64,000 nucleotides of DNA, from contig OZ024740.1 of assembly GCA_964016885.1 (NCBI GenBank), positions 167,276,001-167,340,000 on the forward strand, read 5' to 3'. The notes beneath the pieces were generated by a model, which was given only the letters and a program-made list of their open reading frames with translations, was not told the DNA's origin and did not search any database. This DNA comes from Eledone cirrhosa (Eukaryota). The translations under genes and the position numbers were made by a program. The stretch's first letter is position 1; every line of letters starts with the position of its first letter. This document shows, in pieces, positions 54,901 through 64,000 of the stretch.

Positions 54901-55368
54901 TTGCCAGTTCGGGATAAACTCTACAGGCATGGAGGTGCCGTCAGCCGGGCATGTCCGAGATGCGCGCAGGGCGACGAAACCGTCCTGCACGCACTCGTCC
55001 AGTGTCCGAAAATTGCTGACTTGTGGGTTTATGTCGAACACCTGCTGTCGCGTTTAGGACGGATCCAGCTATCATCTGAGTCTATCGTGAGGATTGCCCC
55101 GCCCTCCTCCTTTAGCCGGGAAGGGCAGGCAGTTTTTATCTGTCTGGTGGCCATGGCGAAAGAGATAGTATGGTGGACACGTTTGAAAGGGCTGAAGACG
55201 AGCACTTACCTCTTCGGTGATGCTCTGATTGACTTTTTCAAATTTCATTTGAAAAGGAAAATCAGAGTAGAGAAGGAAGTGCTCTCTTCCCAGCATTTTG
55301 TTGAAAGATGGGTGAGAGAAGCAAGAATGGCCCGAGTGAATGGGCCGACTCTGAGTATATATCTGTAA
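51949..55368 (+). CDS. Tx1-like ORF2: APE endonuclease, reverse transcriptase and C-terminal zinc finger (1139 aa)
   Basis: APE motifs SINARGL, ISET, VYAP, GDWN, SYLDR, TDH. RT motifs KSPGLDGL, FRPITLLNTEFKILAK, DQSKAFDRVDH, VRQGCPLS, YADDV. C-terminal CPRC...ETVLHALVQC. The frame is uninterrupted. Confidence 0.95.
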   Translation: MTSLRIGSINARGLGSSWKQGHLLNDLRSLNIDVVAISETRISEARAFVPIFGGYDVYASPSRPGSGGGVAVLFRRGLDLAIRAIFLDPEGKLVVLDVTSGDGQAFRLVAVYAPTGAGRPDFFRRLETFLGTSRSLVLVGDWNGILDARWDCVGLADRGGGCKSLTNLLRRFELSDRYRLDFPNVPMWTWTNRIGSSRSYLDRVFCREIDRSSIGCPQFKIVSYTDHKFVICVLDLDRLHRRGPGYWKLNASLPARKAYRDRISELVKRALTGAIVNNKWWFALKRAIRIESIRFSKALAIEKNRAEGELVRKLDEALSKGIATDVLAAKLALDQFFNAKHEGCVVRARVRALRHEGTKAVQWARVAEARRGNKATIRSLVDHDGRMLLDPGQMCEAFQRHFAQLFGGSGGPGRGMDFSVYLDGLPRLSATEAKCCEKPITAAEVREAMTGCTRGKSPGLDGLPYELYVQMPDLFGGLLADVYCNWQQNGRIPSSVSRGAVALLRKDPNKGDNIDNFRPITLLNTEFKILAKVLAKRLALVVGGLVGEAQTCAIPDRSIHDNLHLMRYIVERVAREPGTGGSLINLDQSKAFDRVDHRYLAAVLRAAGFGPVFRGWIAAMHSDICSVVRVNGHLSEPFNIMRSVRQGCPLSSLLYVLTLEPLLHKLETLRGVPRELGCGRSVSAYADDVTVVVSNAKHIEAIGTTLREYEAVTGAMINQEKSVGLQLGTWRGRSMPSNSVVGRWTDGPVKLLGVWFGPDLQTDKNWDEVTSRVASLTQKWAERKLSLKGRAEVANAYIASVICYRLTVVPCPKPRLTALERLLFRFLWKGRAPMVRRSICCQHPLRGGLGMPWLMMRRHALRLRHLHLFLDGDQVWSPFARRVFPQLVSLTELQSWVKQRPRGSAWRLECLQALTALDQSGNVIGGNSTSAFYRGLVEGKSDDVLGETLGVDENQLANLFGRTFGPGPMDNFQKSLAWQCYRGALPVRDKLYRHGGAVSRACPRCAQGDETVLHALVQCPKIADLWVYVEHLLSRLGRIQLSSESIVRIAPPSSFSREGQAVFICLVAMAKEIVWWTRLKGLKTSTYLFGDALIDFFKFHLKRKIRVEKEVLSSQHFVERWVREARMARVNGPTLSIYL

Positions 55369-55669
55369 ACTAAAGGTGGAAAACTGGGAGAGGGCACTTG
55401 CCTTGGTGGTCAGGGTCATTGTGGCTTTTTACTGGGCTTTCTCCACAAATGTCCCTCCGAAGTCTCCCCCCTATTGGGGAATTTTTCATTGTTATTTTCA
55501 TTGTTATTTTTGTTACATCCTCTGTTTTTGTTTTTTTACACGCAGAAATGCCCATTTGTACCGTCCTGCATTGTCCTGCACTGTCCTTAATGTCTACTTT
55601 ATGTAAACCCTTGTGGTTAATAAAGAAATCATTATTATTATTATTATTATTATTATTGTTATTGTTATT

Positions 55670-58600
55670 CCTTGAATCTCAGTCATTGATGTTGGTTAAC
55701 TGGAAAGTCCGTTGGATTGAATATCAAACCACTACCTGCAGCCTCAGATATTCAGGACGTATCGGAGGGTTCTTGCCGTTCCAAGCAAGCATGCCTTTTG
55801 AAGCGTTCCAAAAAGCGTGAAGGGGCCGATTTTCTTTAACCATCCCTGGAAACCTTTGGAGATAGTCCCCAGTGCGCCTATGACAATCGGGATCACTTTG
55901 ACTTCATGGCAGTTCCAAATCCTTTTCACCTCCCACTTTAGGTCCTGGTATCGGTTAATTTTCTCCCTCTCCTTCTCTTGCACTCTCGTGTCGAACGGGC
56001 AGGCCACATCCACAATCAGGCACGATCTTTTTTCTTTGTCCACAACCACCAGGTCAGGTCTATTGTGTTCCAGTTTTTTGTCCGTCTGTATCCTAAAATC
56101 CCACAGCACCTTCACCTGACTGTTCTCCATCACCGCCTCTGGCCTATGCTCATACCATTTCTCAGAATGTGGTAGATTGTTTACTTTGCACAGGTGCCAG
56201 TGGATCACCCTGCCCATCACATCGTGTCTCCAGCCCTTATAGTGGGTCTGGGCTAGGTGTTTACACTCGGACACAATGTGAGCCACAGTCTCCTCTCTCT
56301 CTCCACAGATCCTGCACAGTGGGCTAGCCTCCTCCTTGTAGATATGGTGCTTCAACCACTTCGTTTTGAGGGCCTGCTCCTGCGCAGCCATTAGCATTCC
56401 TTCTGTAGCCTTTTTGAGGTCTCCTCTTCTCAACCAGTTCCATGTCTGTGGATCTCTAAATTCAGTTTTCTCAAAGAAGGTACTATGAAGGGATTTTCCC
56501 TTAAGGCTGCTCTTCCTCCTTGATGTTATTTCCTCCTTGGGTATCCCCTGGCCTACTCTCCCCTCCTTCAGTACAGCTCTGAGCATTGGCTCCTTACTAT
56601 AGGTCACGTATTTGTATAGGTTGTTTTTCTCCATCTGAACACAGTCCTCTATGCTGATAAGACCTCTTCCACCCTCAGATCTCCTTAGGTAGAGTCTATC
56701 GACATCGCTCCTCTTGTGGAACATGTTGTAGATAGTCAATAGCTTCCTAGTCTTCCTATCCATTTCTTTTTGTTCAGCAACATTCCATCTCAGAATTCCC
56801 GCACTGTACCTAATAATAGACACAGCTCGGGAATTTACTGCGCTTATGGCATTTCTGCTGTTCAGATGTGACTTCAATACGCTCCTTACTCTCCGAATGT
56901 ATTCAGTTCTTAACAATTCCTTCATTTTTTTGTTCTTTATGCCATCAGCCTCCAGAACGCCCAAATACTTGTATCCTTCCTCAGAGTCAATTTCCTTTAT
57001 CATCTCACCTGTTGGTATCTGGATCCCGTTACTTCTGCTCAACCTACCCCTCCTCATCACAATGACTCCACATTTACCAATACCAAACTGCATACATATA
57101 TCACTGCTGAAAATACGGACAGTGTCAACAAGCACATCCAACTCCTTCTCACTTTTCCCGAAGAGCTTAAGATCGTCCATGAAGAGGAGGTGATTGATGG
57201 TAAGCTCTCCCCTTCCCAACTTGTATCCTGCTCTCACTTTTCGCAGCATAATGGTCAAGGGCATCAGGGCAAGGACAAACAACAGAGGGGACAGGCTATC
57301 TCCCTGGAAGATACCTCTCTTGATCTTCACGCTTCCCAAGGATACTCCAGTTGATGTCAACTCTGTCTCCCAGGACCCCATACTCCTGCCCAGCAACTCT
57401 CTGATGTTATCTGCCACCCTGAAGATCTCCAGGCTTTTGGTGATCCAGGAATGAGGCACCATGTCAAATGCCTTTCTGTAGTCTATCCATCCCATGGCAA
57501 GATCAGTGTGTCTCCTCCTGCAATTCCCCATTACCATCTTATCAATAAGCAACTGGTCCTTTGTACCACGTGACTTCTTTCGGCATCCTTTCTGTTCGTC
57601 CGGCAACAAGTTGTTTGTGTGGAGGTGATGGTAGATTTCCTCAGACACAATGCTCGTCAACAGTTTCCACATTACGGGCAGACATGTGATAGGTCTATAG
57701 TTGGTAACATCATTACCCTTGATTCGGTCTTTCATTATCAGAACTGTGGTACCTTTTGTCAACCACTCTGGCACCTCACCCGACACCAAGCAGTCATTGA
57801 ACATGGCCGTCAGCTTCGGGTGGAGGGATGTTAAATGTTTAATCCAATACCCCTGCACACCATCTGGGCCTGGTGATTTCCAGTTGGTTAGTTTTTTGGC
57901 TTGCCCCTTAAGAGTTTCAACTGTGATACTCAAATCAGTCTGTTGCTGTGCCTGCTCACCGATCTCCCTCTGTACTGTCTCAATCCACCCTGCCTGGGCA
58001 TTGTGTCTAACATCCTGCTCCCATATTCCTCTCCAGAATGTTTTAGCTTGTTCCGCCCCAGGGATCAAGTCGGTGCCTCTTTCTTTCCCCTCAAGCTGTC
58101 CAAACAGCATCTTCTGGTTGTTGTCGAACATGCGGTTCTGTTTATACTGACTGACTCTGTTCTCGTATCGCCTGATTTTGGCACTCTTTGCTACAATGCG
58201 TTGCTTCAATTCCTCTATGATAATATTTAGCTTTTTACTCCTAGTTTTGTATTTTATTTCCAGTCTATTTTTAGTGCCTATGTTTTTTAGTGTCCCATTC
58301 AGTAGTGACTCAAGCTTTCCTATGTCATTTCTCATTTCCCCGATTTGCCCACTCAGTCGCTTCTTCCACCACGGCTCTGCTCTTTCTTGTCTGTTGTTTC
58401 CTCTCGCTTTTATACCAAGTAGTTTCCTCACCGTATTTGCTGTTGCTTTGAGGATATTGTTGCACTGGTGAAGACTCCTCGCCTCAAGGTATGGGATGAC
58501 TTTGTTTACCTTAGCTGTTGTTTCTTTTAACTTTTTCCTGTCTACAAATCTTAGGTTCATAGGTCTCCCACTATCATTGTTCAACTCATCTACCACTAAA

Positions 58601-59843
58601 TTTAGGATGTCAACCGAATCTTGTCCTAGCCCGTCAGCATTCATCTCCTCAGTGGCCGTATCTCTGTTCCAGGTATTATTTATCTCAGTATTCAGATCAT
58701 TGTCCGCTTCGGGTGGTTCCTCCGCTCTCAGGACCTCCTCACCTTCATTTCCCGCCGGCTCGCTTGTCTGGCATACTACACCCGCCATCTCCAAGCCATT
58801 CTCTCTGCTCAGTTCCTCCAGTTCCAGCTCGCCTATCCACCCATTAGTTCTTATTACCCGAGCCTGCCCGGCCAATTTTTGTTCATCTAATTTAAATAAA
58901 CCAATCTCGTTCCAGATGTTATGCATCCGTCTCCTGTAGCCCCTCTCCTTGGGGTTACTTTTCAGGTAGCATTGCATAACAGTTCTATTCAATTCTTTCG
59001 TCCAGTTGGTTCTGGCCCCTTTCCTTCTTCTTCTTCCTCCAACATCAGCAGTATTTCGTTGACAGTCAGGTTCCTGCTGCTGAGCCAGGGGGCACCTGTT
59101 GGGTGAGAGTCTGTCACATGACGTTCTAGTCTCCATTTCACCGTTATTCGAACTGTTTATGTTCGATATTTAAACACTCTTATCGAGGATTGGCGAATGT
59201 ATGTTTACATAGCCATCTGTGGATCCGCCATCCCACTTGGCCCTTGTGTGGCATTATCACCACGCTGTATACGGACACACATAAACAAACAAACACACGG
59301 GCAGAAAGGGCCCCAAAAATGAATAAGCATAAGTTTCATTGTAATGTAGTATTCGAATGTCTGACTTAGTTTTTGTTTTTTAAGTTTTACTTTTTCCCCC
59401 CTCTTCTCTGTCCGTCCGCCTGCCTCTCTCTTCATTCTTATTTTCTTTACGTTTTGGGGGTTTCTTTTTTTGTTTTTGTTTTTCTCTGTTTTTCTCGTTT
59501 TTTACTGTTGTTGCTGTGCTGCTTTTGTTGTTTATTTTTTCTTTTTTCTTTTGAGTCTATCTATATATTTTGATGCCTTCCTCTTTTTTAGCAGTAGGGA
59601 TTCTATAATGTGGTGGCAGCAGCCAGCTAAAAGAAGAAGTGGGAGACTGGCGGCGGTAGCGATACTGAGACAGTGGTGGTGGTGATGTCGATACCGAGAT
59701 AGTGGTGGCGGTGATGTGACCGTATTACTGTAGCGATGGTGCTGTAGCGGTGGCAGCAGTGAAGGAGTGAAGGGGTGGTGGCGGCGGTGATGGGATAATG
59801 GTTGTAATGATGGCCGTAGTGATCGGTGGTGGTTTAGTGTACA

Positions 59844-59844
<1 letters not shown>
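55670..59844 (-). mobile_element. Full-length, apparently intact R4/Dong-type (RLE) non-LTR retrotransposon flanked by (TAA)n
   Basis: Single 1130-aa RT-RLE ORF. A ~75-bp 3' UTR runs into (TAA)n (55631-55669). The ~700-bp 5' region is homologous to the 5' region of the neighbouring copy and ends at (TAA)17 (59845-59895). Confidence 0.9.
55744..59136 (-). CDS. R4/Dong-type polyprotein: RT, CCHC zinc knuckle and PD-(D/E)xK restriction-like endonuclease
   Basis: RT motifs WKSPGPDG, YRPITCL, WIDYRKAFDMVPH, GIFQGDSLSPLLF, LFMDDLKL, YKYLG. Zinc knuckle CRICGEREETVAHIVSEC followed by RHD. RLE motif RPDLVVVD...IVDVACP...EKINRY. The frame is uninterrupted. Confidence 0.95.
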   Translation of the reverse strand: METRTSCDRLSPNRCPLAQQQEPDCQRNTADVGGRRRRKGARTNWTKELNRTVMQCYLKSNPKERGYRRRMHNIWNEIGLFKLDEQKLAGQARVIRTNGWIGELELEELSRENGLEMAGVVCQTSEPAGNEGEEVLRAEEPPEADNDLNTEINNTWNRDTATEEMNADGLGQDSVDILNLVVDELNNDSGRPMNLRFVDRKKLKETTAKVNKVIPYLEARSLHQCNNILKATANTVRKLLGIKARGNNRQERAEPWWKKRLSGQIGEMRNDIGKLESLLNGTLKNIGTKNRLEIKYKTRSKKLNIIIEELKQRIVAKSAKIRRYENRVSQYKQNRMFDNNQKMLFGQLEGKERGTDLIPGAEQAKTFWRGIWEQDVRHNAQAGWIETVQREIGEQAQQQTDLSITVETLKGQAKKLTNWKSPGPDGVQGYWIKHLTSLHPKLTAMFNDCLVSGEVPEWLTKGTTVLIMKDRIKGNDVTNYRPITCLPVMWKLLTSIVSEEIYHHLHTNNLLPDEQKGCRKKSRGTKDQLLIDKMVMGNCRRRHTDLAMGWIDYRKAFDMVPHSWITKSLEIFRVADNIRELLGRSMGSWETELTSTGVSLGSVKIKRGIFQGDSLSPLLFVLALMPLTIMLRKVRAGYKLGRGELTINHLLFMDDLKLFGKSEKELDVLVDTVRIFSSDICMQFGIGKCGVIVMRRGRLSRSNGIQIPTGEMIKEIDSEEGYKYLGVLEADGIKNKKMKELLRTEYIRRVRSVLKSHLNSRNAISAVNSRAVSIIRYSAGILRWNVAEQKEMDRKTRKLLTIYNMFHKRSDVDRLYLRRSEGGRGLISIEDCVQMEKNNLYKYVTYSKEPMLRAVLKEGRVGQGIPKEEITSRRKSSLKGKSLHSTFFEKTEFRDPQTWNWLRRGDLKKATEGMLMAAQEQALKTKWLKHHIYKEEASPLCRICGEREETVAHIVSECKHLAQTHYKGWRHDVMGRVIHWHLCKVNNLPHSEKWYEHRPEAVMENSQVKVLWDFRIQTDKKLEHNRPDLVVVDKEKRSCLIVDVACPFDTRVQEKEREKINRYQDLKWEVKRIWNCHEVKVIPIVIGALGTISKGFQGWLKKIGPFTLFGTLQKACLLGTARTLRYVLNI

Positions 59845-59895
<51 letters not shown>

Positions 59896-59896
<1 letters not shown>

Positions 59897-62800
59897 TTTG
59901 AGTCTCAGTCATTGATGTTAGTTAACTGGAATGTTTGTTGAAATTAATATCAAGCCACTACCTGCAGCCTCAGATATTCAGGACGTATCGGAGGGTTCTT
60001 GCTGTTCCCAGTAAGCATGCCTTTTGAAGCGTTCCAAAAAGCGTGAAGGGGCCAATTTTCTTTAACCATCCCTAGAAACTTTTTGAGATAGTACCTAGTG
60101 CGCCTATGACAACTTCATGGCAGTTCCAAATCCTTTTTATCTCCCACTTTAAGTCCTGGTATCGGTTAATATTCTCCCTCTCCTTCTCTTGCACTCTCGT
60201 GTCGAATGGGCAGGCCACATCTAAAATCAGGCACGATCTTTTTTCTTTGTCCAAAACCACCAGGTCAGGTCTATTGTGTCCAGTTTCTTGTCCGTCTGTA
60301 TCCTAAAATCCCACACACCTTCACCTGATCGTTTTCTATCACCGACTCTGGCTTATGCTCATACCACTTCTCAGAATGTGGTAAATTGTTTACTTTGCAT
60401 AGGTGTCAGTGGATCACCCTGCCCATCACATCATGTCTCCAGCCCTTATAGTGAGTCTGGGCTAGGTGTTTACACTCGGATACAATGTGAGCCACAGTCT
60501 CCTCTCTCTCTCCACAGATCCTGCACAGTGGGCTAGCCTCCTCCTTGTAAATATGGTGTTTCAACCACTTCGTTTTGAGGGCCTGCTCTTGCGCAGCAAT
60601 TAACATTCCTTCTGTAGCCTTGTTAAGGTCTCCACTTTTCAACCAGTTCCATGTCTATGGATCTCTGAATTCAGTTTTCTCAAAGAAGGTACTATGAAGG
60701 GATTTTTCATGAAGTTGCTCATCCTCCTTGTTGTTATTTCCCTCATCGACATCCCCTGGTCTATTGTCCTCTCCTTCAGTACATTTCTGAGCATTGGCTC
60801 CTTACTATCAGTCACGTATTTGAGTAGGTTGTTTTTCTCCATCTGAACACAGTCCTCTATGCTGATAAGATCTCTTCCACCTTCAGATCTCCTTAAGTAG
60901 AGTCTATCGACATCATTCCTCTTGTGGAACATGATGTAGATAGTCAATAGCTTCCTAGTCTTCCTATCCATTTCTTTTTGTTCAGCAACATTCCATTTCA
61001 GAATTCGCGCACTGTACTTAATAATAGACACAGCTCAGGAATTCACTGCACTTATGAGATTCCTACTATGTAGATGTGATTTTAATACGCTCCTTATTCT
61101 CCTAATGTATTCAGATCTTATCAATTCCTTCATTTTTTTGTTCTTGATGTCATCTGCCTCCAGAACATCTAAATATTTGTATCCTTCTTCAGTGTCAATT
61201 TCCTTTATCATCTCACCTCATGGTACCTGGATTCCGTTACTTCTGCTTAATTTACCCCTCTTCGTCACTAGGACTCCACACTTACTAATACCAAATTGCA
61301 TACATATATCATTAATGAAAGTACGGACAGTGTCAACAAGTACATCCATCTCCTTCTCACTCTTCCCAAAGAGTTTAAGATCGTCCATGAAGAGGAGGTG
61401 GTTGATGGTAAGTTCTCCTTTTCCCAACTTGTACCATGCTCTCACTTTTCGCAGTATAATGGTCAGGGGTATCAGGGCAAGGACAAACAACAGAGGGGAC
61501 AAACTATCTCCCTGAAAGATACCTCTCTTGATCTTTACGCCTCCCAAGGATTCTCCACCCGATGTTAACTCTGTTTGCCAGGACTTCATACTTTTGCCCA
61601 ACAACTGTCTGATGTTATCTGCTACCTTGAAAATCTCTAGACTTTTGAGAATCCAAGAATAAGGTACCATGTCGAATGCCTTTTTGTAATCTATCCATCC
61701 AATGGCAAGACCAGTGTGTCTCCTCTTGCAATTCTTCATTACCATCTTATCAATGAGTAATTGGTCTTTTGTCCTTGAGAACTTCTTTCGGCACCCTTTC
61801 TCTTCGTCCGCTAACAAGTTGTTTATGCGGAGGTGATGGTAGATTTCCACATTACGGGCAGACGTGTGATAGATTTACCGTTGGTAACATCATTACCCTT
61901 GATTCGGGCTTTTATTACCAGAACTGTGGTACCTTTTGTCAACCACTCTTGTACCTCACTCGACATCAAGCAACCATTGAACATGGTTGTCAGTTTGGGG
62001 TGAAGGGATGTTATATTTTTAATCCAATACCCCTGCACACCATCTGGGCCTGGTGATTTCCAGTTGGTTATTTTTTTGGCCTGCCCTTTAAGAGTTTCAA
62101 CTGTGATACTGAAATCAGTTTTTGGTGTGCTTGTTCACTAATCTCCTTTTGTACTATCTCAACCCACACTACCTGATCATTATGTTCAACATCCTGCTCC
62201 CATATTCCTCTCCAGAATGTCTTAGTCTGTTCCGCCTCAGGGATCAACTCGTTGCCTCTTTCTTTCCCTTCAAGCTGTCCAAACAACATCTTCTGGTTGT
62301 TGTCAAACATACGGTTCTGTCTATACCGACTGACTCTGCTCTCATACCGCCTAATCTTTGCACTCTTTGCTACAATGCGTTGCTTCAGTTCCTCTATGAT
62401 GATATTTAGCTTTTTCCTCCTAGTTTTGTACTTTATTTCCAGTCTAATTTTACTGTCTTTGTTTTGTAGTGTCCCATTCAGTAGGGACTCAAGCTTTCCA
62501 GTGTCATTTCTCATTTCCTTGATTTGACCTTTCAGTCCTTTTTCTTCCACCAAGGTTCTGATCTTTCTTGTTTGTTGTTTCCTCTCGCTTTTATGCCAAG
62601 TAATTTCCTCACCGCATTTGCTGTTGCTTTGAGGATATAGTTGCATTGAAGGTTCCTCGCCTCAAAGTATGGGATGACTTTGTTTACCTTAGCTGTTGTT
62701 TCTTTTAAGTTTTTCCTCTCTACACATCTCAGGTTCATAGGTTTCCCACTATCATTGTTCATTTCATCTACCACTAAGTTTAGGATATCAACCAAATCTT

Positions 62801-64000
62801 GTCCTAGCCCGTCAGCATTCATTTCCTCAATGGCCGTATCTTTGTTCCAGCTGTTATTTATTTCAGCATTCAGATCATTGTCTGCTTCGGATGCTTCCTC
62901 CGTTCTCTCAATCTCTTCACCATTTCCCACTGGCTCGTTTGCCTGGCATATTCCACTCTCCATTTCCAACCTAATCTCTCTGCTCAGTTCCTCCAGTTCC
63001 AACTCTCTTATCCATCCTTTAGTTCTTATTGCCCGAGCCTGCCCGGCCAATTTTTTTCATCTAATTTAAATAGACCAATATCGTTCCAGATGTTATGCAT
63101 CCGTTTCTCCTTTGGGTAACTCTTCAGGTAACATTCCATTACAGTTCTATTCAATTCTTTCGTCCATTTGGTTCTTGTCCCTTTCCTACTTCTTCTTCTT
63201 CTTCCTCCAACAGCAGCAGTATTTGGATGACAGCCATGTCCTTGCTGCTGGACTAGGGGGCGCTTGCTGGGTGAGAGTCTATCACATGACGTTCAAGTCT
63301 CCTCTTCACCGTTATTCGAACTGTTTTAGGTTCGACATTTAAACACTCATATCGAGGATTGGTGAATGTATGGTTACATAACCACCGGTGATTTTATCAC
63401 CCCAGTGATTTCATCACCCCCGGTGATTTTAGAATGGCACCATGACGCTGTAGACGAACATAAATAAACAAATAAATAGATAAAAACTTGAAAAAATAAA
63501 CATAAGTTTCATTGTAATGTTTGAATGTCTAACTTAGACTTTTTTGTTTGTTTGTTTGTTTTTTTCCTTTACGTTTTTCGTTTTTCAAGGCCAGTAACAT
63601 CGGTTACTAGTGTTGTTGTTGCTGCTGCTGCTGTCTTTGATGTTTTGTTTTTGTTGTTGGATTTGTTCTGTTCTATAATCTTTCGACTTGTTGCTTATTA
63701 TTATTATATTATAGTTTAGATTTGACATTGTTTAAACTAAACATTTTCAGAGATATACAACAACAATAATTATTTTGGTGTTGTTGTTGTTGATGTTAGC
63801 TGTTTGACCGGGTCACTAAATCAGTCTATTTATATCTTTGGATACCTTCCTCGCTTCTATTCATGTGTAGTGGCACTACTACCACCCCTCTCGTAACAGG
63901 AGGTAGTGACGGAATAGTGGTGGTAGCGTTGATGTAGTGGTGGCGGTGGTGATTGGATAGTAGTACTATAGTGATGGTGTTGCTGTAGCCGTTTGTTTGT
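59896..64000 (-). mobile_element. Degenerate second copy of the same R4/Dong family (frameshifts, stops, lost start codon), running off the window end
   Basis: Collinear nucleotide similarity to 55670-59750 along its length. The ORF is broken into fragments (62532-63050, 62068-62646, 61218-61850, 60639-61031, 60406-60642, 60072-60260). The ATG position reads GAG near 63303. It has the same 3' UTR followed by (TAA)17. Confidence 0.92.

Larger units (their letters stand above)
49607..55630 (+). mobile_element. Full-length, apparently intact Tx1/L1-clade non-LTR retrotransposon inserted in an (ATT)n microsatellite
   Basis: Two long same-strand ORFs (gag-like ORF1, APE-RT ORF2) 35 bp apart. AATAAA at 55619-55624 is followed by (ATT)n, and (ATT)7 lies immediately upstream at 49586-49606. 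ATC(ATT)7 occurs at both ends (49583-49606 and 55628-55651) as a possible TSD. Confidence 0.93.

Noticed and set aside
59137-59300. Possible HDV-like ribozyme upstream of the Dong ORF (tcctcg on the minus strand)
   Set aside because: The flanks do not form P3 or P1, and it is not at the element's 5' end.
49925-63069. Antisense and alternate-frame ORFs overlapping the LINE ORFs (e.g. 50956-51597, 53844-54353, 57701-58150)
   Set aside because: These are shadow frames of GC-richer or biased coding sequence with no recognisable motifs.

Overview
AT-rich, microsatellite-dense eukaryotic intergenic or intronic DNA with no recognisable host gene. The repeat inventory resembles a mollusc, probably a cephalopod such as Octopus (inference). 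The window is almost entirely mobile-element material. (1) At 49.6-64 kb, three non-LTR retrotransposons are stacked in (ATT/TAA)n microsatellite. An apparently intact two-ORF Tx1/L1-clade element (+; zinc-knuckle ORF1, APE-RT ORF2) lies tail-to-tail with an apparently intact single-ORF R4/Dong-type RT plus restriction-like endonuclease element (-). That element sits head-to-tail with a decayed copy of its own family. (2) Several type I hammerhead ribozyme motifs (CUGANGA...GAAA...UH) were found by eye. They cluster at 25.4-27.9 kb in non-coding direct- and inverted-repeat units typical of Penelope-like pseudo-LTRs or retrozymes, with others at 2.5, 29.3, 34.3 and 43.6 kb. (3) The rest comprises decayed RTE-type LINEs (one with a twin-priming-like inversion), Penelope GIY-YIG remnants, a decayed Tc1/mariner, tRNA-derived SINEs, MITE/foldback elements and a roughly 325-bp-arm near-perfect inverted repeat. 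All alignments and folds were done by eye, so boundaries are approximate.
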